This document shows positions 1-13,739 of a stretch of DNA of 64,000 nucleotides, one piece after another (positions within the stretch are counted from its first letter, which is position 1; each line of letters opens with the position of its first letter). Location: the NCBI RefSeq assembly GCF_009914755.1, contig NC_060927.1. The stretch is one strand, 5' to 3'. The notes under the pieces are model-generated. The model had not been told where the DNA came from, did no database searches, and saw only the letters and a program-made list of their open reading frames with translations. Origin of the DNA: the human T2T-CHM13v2.0 reference genome, Homo sapiens. The position numbers and the translations under genes are program-made.

Positions 1-209
1 TATTGAAACTCATTAGTATACCTTCTAGAGATTTAATATCACTATCAATTTGTGTGTGTGGTGAGAAAATTTAAGATCTACCCTCTTAAGAATCTTTAAT
101 TATATACTATGTTATTATTATTAACAGTCTGTCCCCATGCTGTGCAGTAGATCTCCAGAAATTTTTCTCCTTTCTAATTGAAACTTTGTACCCTTTGGCC
201 AACATCTTC
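1..209 (-). mobile_element. L1MA-type LINE-1 3' UTR fragment (left part, interrupted by an LTR)
   Basis: 'agatctccagaa...aactttgtaccctttggccaacatc' resembles the reverse complement of the L1MA 3' end; continues colinearly at 1529. Confidence 0.8.
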
Positions 210-1528
210 TGATACCAGTGGGCTGGGGGAGGTCTCCAAATACCAGTGGGACCTCAACCCCAACTGGTGTCCAGACTTTTGACACCATCATGAGAAGGAA
301 GTCAGGATGAGTCAGAAAATGTGAAATTATGGAGATTTATTGCAGTGAAAACCACACACTCAAGGAAGGGAGTACAAGCCTACTTAAAACAGTCATGGCC
401 AAGGGATTTTGGGGCCTTTATGGGCTTCTTTAATCAAGGAGTGAAATATTCATGAAAATTTCTGGAAAAAGGTGGTTTCTCAGAACTATGGTGCCACCCA
501 TTTTTACACCAAATATTATTGTTCCTGAAACTGTCATGGCGCTGCTAGGTGTGTGATTTAATATGTTAATGAGCATATAATAAGGTCCTAGGCGAAACAT
601 AGGTCAAATCTAGCACCAAAGTTGTCTAAGCAGGCTTTGAAACTGCCTTTGCAAAAACCGTAACTGAGAAAAGTATTACAGTGAAAGACATCTGACCTAA
701 CTGACTCCATCTTGCTAGTAACACCTGCATCCTGTCCTTGCCTATTCCTAGGTGTAAGTCAAACTAACTTCGGGAGGAACTTAGTTTATATTAATAGTTT
801 ATAGTTTGAAACAAAGACAATAACAGAGCTTTCCGAAAACAAGCCCCCTTCTTGCCTGAGGACTAGACTTCCTTTGTAGGACTAACAAATTAGCCAAAAG
901 ATGAGAAATTATGGTTTAGGAGTCATACAGCTCGAGGCCACAAGATTCTGATCCTCCCCAGATTGCTCCTGGGGATAACATCACTATTGTAAAACCTAAG
1001 ATCACTGCTTGAGATATTTTGTAGACCCTGCACTTGATGAACCAGTTGGCAACACCCAGATCCATAAACTAGCTCATCAGATCTTGTGGCCCCCAACCCG
1101 AAACTGACTCAGTACAAGAGGACAGCTTCAACTCCCTATGATTTCATCTCCTAACCAACTCATCAGTATTCTCAACTCACTGCCCCCCCAATCCCACCAA
1201 ATTATCCTTCAACACTCCGATCCCTGAATGAATGGGGAGACTGATTTAAATAATAATAAAAACTCCTGTCTCCTCCACGCACAGTCAGATCTGTGTGCAT
1301 TACTCTTTCTCTATCGCGATTGCCCTGTCTTGAAGAATCGACACTGTCTAGGCAGTGGGCAGGGTGAACCCACTGGGGAGTTACAACTTGGTCCACATGT
1401 TGTTTCTCAGGGTCTTATCAGCGCATAGCCTCTGCAACTATTTCAATAGTTTCCTTTTGCTAGTCATGTGAAATTGCTGCCTGGAATGTTCTATTTTCCT
1501 GAAATCACCCTCTATCATTCAGGTCTCA
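210..1528 (-). mobile_element. ERV1 (MER4-group-like) solo LTR, split by LTR8 at 638-1385
   Basis: TG...CA termini (tgatacc at 210, ...gtctca at 1528); 'agatttattgc' reads as AATAAA on the minus strand; interrupts a continuous L1MA; exact family not determined. Confidence 0.65.
638..1385 (+). mobile_element. LTR8-family solo LTR (ERV1)
   Basis: Starts tgaaactgcctttgcaaaa...gacctaactgactccatcttgct and ends ...gaacccactggggagttaca; 4-bp TSD gctt/actt (1 mismatch). Confidence 0.85.
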
Positions 1529-2095
1529 CTCACTCCCTTCCCCCAACTTCAGACCCTGAAAACCACCATTCTACTCTATGATTCTATTTGTTGCACTTTT
1601 AGATACTATGTATTAGTGAGGTAATGTGGTAATGCAATATTTGTCTTTCTCTGCATGGCTTATTTCACTTAATATAATGTCCTCTAGGTTCATTCATGTG
1701 GTAACAAATGACAGGATTTCTTTCTTTTTTTAAGTCTGAATAGTATTCTAGCGAATATGCACACTCATTATTTTACTTTGGATCTATACCTGGAAGTGAG
1801 ATTGCTAGATTCTAAGGTAATTCTATTTTTAATTTTGGAGGAGCATCTAGTCAGCAAGATGATTGTCAGAAGTTGTCATTTTCTTCAGCTTCCATCTAAC
1901 TTTCTTTTTTCAGTAGCTGAGACAGAATGGTTTTCCATAATGGCTGTACTTACTTACATTCCCACCGACAGTGCACAAGAGTTCCCTTTTCTCCATATCA
2001 TTGCCAACACTTGTTAACTCTTGTCCTTTGGTAACAGTCATTCTAACAGTGGTGAGGTGATAGGTCATTGCTGTTTTAATTTTCATTTCCCTCAA
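1529..2095 (-). mobile_element. L1MA-type LINE-1 3' region (right part)
   Basis: 'ggcttatttcacttaatataatgtcctctaggttcattcatg'; minus ORF 1910-2095 MREMKIKTAMTYHLTTVRM resembles the L1 ORF2 C-terminus. Confidence 0.85.
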
Positions 2096-2357
2096 ATACC
2101 AGCTTATCCTCTTAAGAGCTGTGTTACCTTAGGCAGATAACTCAGTCTTTCCAAATGTCAATGTCTTCAACACAGAAATAGGGATAATAATGTCTAATTT
2201 TTATTTTTGCTGTAATTAATATTTCCTCATATATCTGTGTTTATGTGATTTCATGTATTTATGTGTGTGTATGTGTGTGCTTGTAATACGAATCCTAGCA
2301 GAATGCCTGACACATAGACCTATGCCAGGTACTCAGTAGTAGAAACCATTATTGTTG
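2096..2357 (+). mobile_element. MIR SINE
   Basis: 'agctgtgttaccttaggcaga...aaatagggataataat...gaatgcctgacacatag' resembles the MIR core and 3' end. Confidence 0.7.
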
Positions 2358-4544
2358 CTAAATATATAATGACTTGGATCTTGAAATAAAATAGAATATG
2401 TTTTTCTTAATTGACTCCAAATATGTTCAGCATTTATGTTGACAGCATTGATTCATATACTCTCAACAAAAACATTCAAGTATCCTTTTATTAAACAGAT
2501 ACAAATCTAAATTATCTGTGGTTTTGTGTTTAATGCTCAGCCTCAAAATTTAGCAGGTTCTCTGGCAACCTCTGGACATCTGGAGTAAGATAATGAATAC
2601 ACTACCAAACAATATATGTGAGAAATTTTGAAACAATTGTGAGTTTAACACAGAAGTTGAAAATTCTCAGGTTTCTACTGAAATACATTTATAACTCTTT
2701 TTTTATCCTCATCGAAACCTTCACTTTGGGGTGCTATATTTTTAAAAAATTGTATTGTTTTCCATCAATTGCACACTCCTTGAGAGTAGATTACTTTCAT
2801 CTTGTATCTCTAATGCTTGCAGCTGTTTCTGGCTCAGTATCAGGCTGGGATTGTTTGAATTAATCCAAGTAGAAATGAATATATTAATCTTCAATTGGAA
2901 GTTCAAGTACAGCTGAAAAATAAATTTGGAATCATGTTCCATTGCTATAACTTTTTTGGAATAAATGATGATTTGTAAACATTCATAGTCTGTAGTAAAT
3001 TGAATTTCTAGTGCATTTTTTTAATAAACAATATCCATTTTAATTTAGCAAAATACTTTTCTTAAGAAAAGTCAATGATGAACTTTGAATTATACTTTTA
3101 ATAATAATTTTCTTGTGCTTATTTAGTACTTTGCCCTGTAACAATCAGGTATTCTAAATTTGTAAACACAGTTTAGTTGGAATATGCCACTTTATATAAT
3201 AAAAAATAAATATAAGTAAATATTTTAGGGTGTCGGGTGCTACTAATCGAAATGGCTTGTTTCATTTTTAGTTGCAAAAGTTTTGCTTTTGTAATTCTAC
3301 AGTAAATTTTTTGTAATGACGTAGAGTTGATCACTATCCTGTCATATTTTCTCTATATATTTGGCATGCTTTATTTCAGGAGCATTAAATTGATATAATT
3401 TATTTATTGATAGGTAGTGTTCTCAACATATATAAACCAAGTTTACTCCAATAAAAAACAAGAAATTCTAACAGTGCCATTCCTTCATTTGCACAAAGCT
3501 TGGCATGATGCAAATCATTTGGACTTGGAAACTGGACTGATATTAGTTTCAATCCCAATCTACACTAATAAGATAATAAGGGGTGAAATGGGTAGAACAA
3601 ATACCTTGGAGAAACTTTAAGGGAATTAAATAAAATATATAAAAATGACTGTCAGAAGTTGGTGTTTTCTTTACCTCCCATCTAACTTTCTTTTACAGCT
3701 GGAGATGGGATGGCTGAAACCAATAAGCTAACAAGGTCATGATACTCATTGCCTTTATTAAAGGTGGAATTTTCTGTCCAATTTAAAAAATCATGAGGGC
3801 ATTGTATGATAAAAAGCCATCAGTATGTGTTCTTGACAAATTACGTTTTAAAAGCTTTTAACACTTTTCTAATGACTAAATCCCTTAAGATGAACAGCTT
3901 GAAAGAGCCAAAGGTAACTCACAATCAGGAAGATTATATATTGAAAAATAGCCTTGAACATTGTCTTTTTAAGTGCTCTTACAAGTAAGCACTTGAAGAA
4001 AATCATAAATTTTACTTGAGAAGAAAAGCATACCAATTGTGAAGTGATGATGTCTGGCCTTTGAAAAGTGCAAGTAGTGCCTGATTATAAGGTTACTGAT
4101 TTATTTAGGCAACATGCTGCTTGTAACTTGTACTTTCAACTGTCAATTTAAATTGTATTCAACTTTGGCTTAACTTATATTCAGCTCATTGAAAACCTTA
4201 GGGAACCAAACTTGATGCTGTTTCAGAGGGTAAGGAGACTCTATAATCTCTCCAGCTCAAATCTGGCTGACAGAAACAATTGCCTGCTTTCTCAGCCATT
4301 CAAACTAACAGTGAAATCAAAAGAAACAAATGGTGATTAACTGGCTTGCCATGTGATTTTTGTTTCTAGCTTTACTCTGTATCTACAATACATTCTCTCT
4401 TAAAATACACAGGAAAGGTAACATGATTTTTTTAATGAATAAAAACTATTATTAGGAAGTAAATGAGCAAAGAAAGAAATTCTATTTAAATATACATTTA
4501 ACAAATATAATGTTTATAATACATACAAATACCGATATTCATTC

Positions 4545-4665
4545 TTCTTCACTTTCTACATTCCTTTTCCTCTCTGCTTTCTTCTCTCCTTCCAATCTAC
4601 CTTCTTTTCCTTCTTCTTTCCTCTCTTGTTCCTTTTTTCTTTCTTCATTCATTTCTTCCTTTCCT
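4545..4665. repeat. CT-rich low-complexity tract
   Basis: Pyrimidine-dominated ttcc/ttct run. Confidence 0.7.
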
Positions 4666-4723
4666 AACAGACAAAAGTTTGTGTAATGTGTAACACATAA
4701 AATCAAACTGTTATATAGACATC

Positions 4724-4955
4724 ATCACCAGAGGTCGGGAGTTCAAGACCAGCCTGACCAACATGGTGAAACCCCGTCTCTACTAAAAATACAAAAATTA
4801 GCAGGAAGTGCTGGCATGCTCCTGTAGTCCCAGCTGCTCGGGAGGCTGAGAATTGCTTGAACCTGGAAGGTAGAGGTTGCAGTGAGCCGAGATTGCACCA
4901 CTGCACTCCAGCCTGGGTGACAGAGAGACTTCATCTCAAAAAAGAAAAAAAAAAA
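4724..4955 (+). mobile_element. AluS, 5'-truncated
   Basis: Begins inside the left monomer (gaggtcgggagttcaagacc); central tactaaaaatacaaaaatt linker; A tail. Confidence 0.95.
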
Positions 4956-5747
4956 GTAAGTGAAGGTCCTCTGAGTGGATTTATAGAGTAACACCAATTC
5001 TTGGAGGGATTACAAACGCTTATCCTAAAAAAATTAAATGTACAAAACTTGCAACATGGACTAATTAGAAATAAGATGTATACAGTAACACTCATTTTAA
5101 CTATTTAGCGGGTTTTTGTGAAGCCAGAAATTTGCAAAATGTTGGATGTGTGTATATGCAAAATTTATGTCCGTGTGTAGCCTGTATGTGCATCATATAT
5201 CTTCCTTGTTATGTAATTCCAGATGTACCTATAGAAGCATTGAATGACCACATTGTTAGCTCATGTAACATCTTTTTAAAGATAGTTTGAGAAGATGGTA
5301 CAAGTCATTAATATCAAATCAGCTGTGTCAATCTCGTATTTCTCTCATATGCCCCCAAATTTGGGATGCTTTCAAATTTTTTTTCATAACCATGTACAAT
5401 GTTGTTTTAAATCTCTCTTTCTATTTATATCATTTTTGCCTGTTTATTCAGCTGTTAATTGTTAGTTTTTTCCATAAATATATGTCTTAATTGCCCAATG
5501 AGAGGTATCCATCTTGTGGGAGTTTTTTTTTTTTTATTATTTCAAAGTACATAGACATATTCTGAACGTAGTTTATGATTTATGGACTAAAGTTTAAAAC
5601 TCAACTGGCAAATGCACTACATAAATTTATTAATCACATATGAATACTTCAAAGCCTATTAATGAGAGGTACTACATGCAAATATGAATAGAAAACAAGT
5701 ATGTGCCCATTCCAAATTGCTTTGGACACACCATGCCAAAATATGAC

Positions 5748-6575
<828 letters not shown>

Positions 6576-7230
6576 TATACTGTTTTCTGCTTCCAGTGAG
6601 GCAAGCTCTATCTCAGGGTAGCATAACTCAAGAAGCTCTCTATGAGTGTTTACCAGAATATCTTTGAACACTGAGACTTCTTTTTTATTGGGAACTACAA
6701 GATTGAAGAGTTGATCTCCAGCTAAACAATCTGGGCAAACAAATTAAAGGAAGGTGGCAATAAACCACGGGAGGGTAAAAGGAGTAAATGCAATCTGAAC
6801 AAAGGCCCTCCTGCTACACAGATAAATTTATCTCAGGTAATGGAAATGATCACAAAGCAGCCCTCTTGCTTGTTACAGATATTCTACTAATGCAGATTGC
6901 CTTTAGAGATCTACGTTTTCTTTACAAAACGACACATTTACAGAGTTACTCCTGTTTCTGCAGTTTCTGAAGAAAAAATATCTCAATATAGGTATGTATG
7001 TGCATAATTTTTTGTAAAGGTACAACATTTCAAAGTTTTTTATAAAGCATAAGTTAGCTTTGAGGGCATCACATAGGTTCAGAAAGATATAAAATAGGAG
7101 TTCGGATATTACAATTCATTTTTCAGAATGTTGTAAAAATCAATTTAATAAAGAACAACAGATAATCATTGATTCAACCTTTTACAAATACGTAATATTG
7201 ATTTCATATATAGTCCCATTTGTATGCTCT

Positions 7231-7539
<309 letters not shown>

Positions 7540-9778
7540 TCTCATGTGTATGCTTTTATTGTTCCATTACTATAGATTTTACAAAGGGTGCCAGTTCTTT
7601 ATTTTTGACCACAGCTAAACAGCTTCATCAGCTCCAAACTTTCTTTTTTAAAAAAACGTTTTTAAAAATAATTTTTGTGCTACTGCAAAAGAGGTTTGGT
7701 CAATGGGATCTACTCAGTGAGACATAGCCCAGGTGCATTTTTGCTCTAATGCAACACATCCAGCCCATCTGTTGTTGTCTCTTTAGGCGACGTGGATAAC
7801 ATCTGTTTTACTTGTTTGTTGACATACATCAGCATTTGGAATGTGGTTGCAAAAATAGAAATCTGCACATTCATCATTCAATTGATCCTTGAAGAATAGC
7901 TTGCTTTCTTCCTTAGCTTATTTGAGAGATTTTAAAGTCTTGTGTTACATCTCTCTCCCTGCATTTGAGGAGGAGTTGATGAGTAACTTGTTAACATTGT
8001 TCGCTATGCTTATTCAATTCAAATGAAGTTACATCCCCCCATATTTATTTCTTATTTATCAAAGGCCACTTTACCTTAAATCCTGTTGATTTTAATTTTT
8101 TTTAGTGTTAAGTGGCTTTACACTTTTAAGTGGTAGTATTCACTTCAAATAATTTTGCTTTTTGCCTGAGTCTGTTTGTATGTACATATGTATGCATGTG
8201 GGTGTATAAGTATATACATTACATATATGTAAAATGTTACATACTTAATAGATATGTGAAATGAAATTTAAGTTTTACATAAAACATGAACATTAAATTT
8301 ATGTTTGAAGGCCTTTTAAGTTATAGCTTACTAATTTGAAGAACATCTATGAGACAGTAATATGTATCATATCTTATTAATTGGAATGGATGGCAGTACT
8401 TTCAAATAAAAAAATTGTTTCTGTATTTAAAGAACTAAGTATAGAAGAGAACAGTAATCATGTTATTGAGGAATAGTACGTTGTTGCTTCTTTTCTTAGC
8501 AAATGTGTACTTACAAATATTTATCTTTTGTTTCTTAAAATTTGAAAAAATACAATAATTGAAGTTTATTTTAATGGCTTCTTTTTCACTTTGACAAAAT
8601 TTTATTTTAATTACACTTCTTTTAAAACCTTAACGAAAACTTGTGCTACTCATACATTTAGAAACTGTATTTAGATGTTCTAGAGGAAAAGATATCCAGA
8701 AATTAGAGTTCGAGAATTTTCAGCAAGCAAATTCAGAAGGGGAGTATGAGTTGTGTAGTGTGAATACTGAATAATCATGTCATTTCTATCCCCAATTCAT
8801 TGACTTCCATCCCCCAAACATTGGTGGGTATTAGCAAGCAGCAGTGACCAAGAATGACCTGGGGAGGAATGTACTGGCCCATTTAACACCTCTGAGGGAA
8901 GGTTTAATTCTATGAAGAAGCTTCCTAGATCATTTCCCTTTTTTTCATGGCAGGTATATACATCGCTCCTCAATATAAGACATGTAGTAAGTGTTAAAAT
9001 ATACATTATCAATTACTTTTTATTCTCATAAAAATGTCCTGTGCAAATATTTTCACTTCTGCTCATTGTGAATTATAGATTCAAGTAAATTGCTTCATCT
9101 TCACCTTTTATATTTCTAGTCTTAATGTTTTTGAGCATACTGTTTCAATGTGGAAGTATATAATGTAAATAAGTTTTAATATATATCCATACTATACGAT
9201 TCACCTAACAGATGACTGAAGAAATCTAGAGACTATAATGGTTAAGTGAATACCTTCAAAGAGAAGAGAAAAATTCAAAAACAGACCATACTCCAAAGAT
9301 ACCCAAGCATTCATCTTCTTTGTTTTTAAGCACTAAAATTCCATCCTCAGCATTTTGGCTCAATTACATTTTAGAATTATGAATGTGATTGATATTTCTC
9401 TTTTAGAGGGTGGAGAATGAATTGTAGTAAAGAAAAGCAGGCTAAATTATCTCCTAAAGACTAGCAATATATTTGGAAACACACATAACATTATTTATAA
9501 TTTTTTATTTTGAAGACATGTTACAAAAATTATGTGTCAAAATAAACACTAGAATACATTTTCACAATTAAAGCCCTTGCTAATTGCTCTAAAAATAGTA
9601 AAGACTTCTATTCTTCCTAAATCCATTCATTTATATAGGCAAGAATGCAGACAATATTTTGATCCATTCTTATAATTTGCTTCGGTTGTTTCATGTATAT
9701 AAGTGGCATTGGACAAGGGAAATGTCATAGTAGCCTTTTTAATTTTAGCTTTTATATTTTGTTTATAATATATGTGGG

Positions 9779-10104
9779 GTTTTGGTTGTTGTTATTGGTG
9801 TTGGTGGTGGTGGTGGTGTTGTTGTTTTGAGATGGAGTCTCGCTCTGTTGCCTGGACTGGAGCTCAACTCTATTGAGCTATCTGGGCTCACTGCAAGCTC
9901 CGCCTCCCTGGTTCAAGCAATTCTCTGCCTCAGCCTCCCGAGTAGCTGGGACTAAGGCAACTGCCACCACACCTGGCTAATTTTTGTACTATTAGTAGAG
10001 ACAGTGTTTTGCCATGTTGGGCAGGCTTGTCTCAAACCCCTTACCTCAAGTGATCTGCCCACCTCTCCTCTTGGGATTACAGGCATGAGCTACTGTGCCC
10101 TGCT
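9779..10104 (-). mobile_element. AluS with (TTG/TGG)n tail
   Basis: Alu dimer on the minus strand; tail decayed into a trinucleotide repeat; short internal deletion near 10065. Confidence 0.93.
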
Positions 10105-10359
10105 GATACACCTTTTTATCTTAGTGACAAAACCAGTCTTTCATAATATGACCAAGACTTACCTAGATTATGTGACATCTTCCCTACATGCTCAGAATAA
10201 TATAATTTCATTCATTTTAAAAAATGATATTTAATTATCACATAAAAGTTGTGAGCTTTGATACATGGGATATATGTACATTGAATTACTTTCCACTTTT
10301 AAATCTCCTTTTCATGTAAATATATGACCAGGCATGTGTATAAATTCCTTTATATGATA

Positions 10360-11133
10360 TATTGGATTAGTTTTTCAGATTAGCTCCCTTCCACTTCTCT
10401 TGGCATGTGAAGTCCTTCACTGTCCAACTGACTTTGGACTTCACCATGTAGCTTGTTTTGGTTAATCCATGTTAGTTGGCATAATGTGAAGAGAGGCTTT
10501 AAATGTGTTTGCACAGTTGAGTTTAGTGTCTTGCACTACTGCCATTCATTAGTGCAAAGAAATTGAAGAAAGACACAAGGAACAAACCTGAACCAAGCAG
10601 CTTGAAGTTAATAGAAGCCCATCCCATCGGAGTTCAGCAAAGGCCCGGCCAGCTCACAGATAAAAGATCTGAGCACCAACCACAATGTTTATTAAAAGAT
10701 CACTCAAAGATCACACAGTCTGTTTTCAACATATGTATGTGTGATCAGAAACTGAATCTCACAGGATCTCAGCGGAACAGTTAATACCAAAATTTGCTTT
10801 AAAGACTGGTAGTATTTTTTAGATGTTTGCTTGTCCCGAAGTTGAAAAGAGACTGTGATCTTTGAGTGGTCTTTTATCTGAACATTATGTTGAGCTGACT
10901 TACATATGCACAATCTCAGATGAGAGGGAAAGAACAACAGTTTATTTTAATAGCCTCTAACTAAAATTTGTGTTTTATTTACCATGAATGTGTGCAACAA
11001 ACCACAGTTGTACTAGCTGCAACTGTGACGTTGTCACAGATAAAAGAGATTGACAAAAAACAAAATACTGTTGTATGTCATTGAATTTGGAGCATATTTA
11101 CACAGCATTATTTTAGTGATAGGTGACTAATAA
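10360..11133 (+). mobile_element. MLT1 (H/I-like) MaLR solo LTR, interrupted at 10668-11033
   Basis: 'gactttggacttcaccatgtagcttgttttgg' and 3' 'tgttgtatgtcattgaatttgg...cacagcatta...tgactaataaa' resemble old MLT1 LTRs. Confidence 0.65.
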
Positions 11134-11554
11134 ACTGTGACTAACACATGTACATAGTCTTTGAGTCAATTACAGAAAACTTTAGAAAAAAGTTTGCATA
11201 TTAGTTATTTTAAATGCATTTGCATAGTGGTTTTTTAAAACACAACAATAAAACAAAAAAATTCAATTCTACAAAATACATCAAAACAATATATTATGTA
11301 GATTTTTTTAAAAGAATATCTATACAATTTTCACATAAAAATTCTGGTGAGTAGTGATCAAACATTTCCACGAAGATCTTTTAAAAAAGAGTCTGGATGC
11401 ACTGAATTATTCTGATTTCAAGTTAATTGATAATCATGAATATATTATGGTAAAGATCCCAAAATTTGGGGAAAATCTTGGCTATTTGGATGTAATGATT
11501 TCTTACAATCTGATATTTACTTTGGCATCCATTTTGAATCTAGCTTTGATTTTT

Positions 11555-12710
<1,156 letters not shown>

Positions 12711-12741
12711 GGGAACATTGGAAAAGAGTTTAGGAGTTGAC

Positions 12742-13739
12742 CAGGGCCAGCATCATGGCCACGTTATCCAGGTCTTCAAGCAGGACCATGGACTCGAAGG
12801 ACCCCACACTTGCTTTAGGGCTCTAACATCAACATATTTAAATTCCTAATAATTTTATCTTCAAATTTGTGTTCTGTAAGTGAAGACTGAGGAGCCAATG
12901 GAACATTCATGTGAAAAGAGGAGATACCTGAGATTTGCATATTTACCATTTTTTCATCTTATTTTTATATAAAGTTCACGATGCCCCATGATCACAGAAT
13001 TCCATAGGACCCAGTATGCATGGGAGTTCAGTGAGACTCAAACCAATGACAAGGTAAGTGTGTCACATCTACAACCAAGTAAGCAAGGGTAATGATAGCT
13101 CTGAGAGCTACACCTGCCATTTGAACCAGAACTCACTTTGAATACTAAACAAAGTTCACAATGTTCTAAGAAACACACACAAAGGGCCTTAACATATATT
13201 TTCTTATTTATATTATTTCTTTATATTAGCCAACCACTTACACTGAAAAAGATTACATAGAAGAAAAGAAAAAGATAGGGCAACCCACAGCTTTCCTTTC
13301 AGTCCTTTACTTTCTGTGTTTCTGTACACTCTCAAAGGTAGAGAGTGTTACAGATGGTGCAAATATCAAGAAGTGAAATTAAAGCAGTTGAGTTAAATTT
13401 GTACAGTGTTATCCTTGTTTGTACTAAATTCATAAACATGTATGAGCTACAAAATACAAATTGTGTAATGTAACTTCAGTGATTTTAAAACTGCCATTGC
13501 ACAAGATAAAGATGATGGTAAAACTCATGCTAATGATTTCAAATATAATTTTTCTTTGCCTATAGTGATATTAAATAGCAAATAAAAAACATAATGACAA
13601 CTTGAGAGACGGATCATAGAAGAATGGAAAAATCTTTCTATTTATTACCATTAACAGCAGCTTTTTGCCCTGCTTTTCTAACAGAGAGACTCATATTTTC
13701 ATTTTACAGTAAGCCCTGCAAATTAAGTAGCTAGCCTTG
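12742..13739 (+). mobile_element. MER45B/C-like non-autonomous hAT-Tip100 DNA transposon
   Basis: MER45-type ends cagggccagcatcatgg... and ...gccctgcaaattaagtagctagccttg; ~1 kb; 8-bp TSD gagttgac/catttgac (6/8). Confidence 0.8.
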
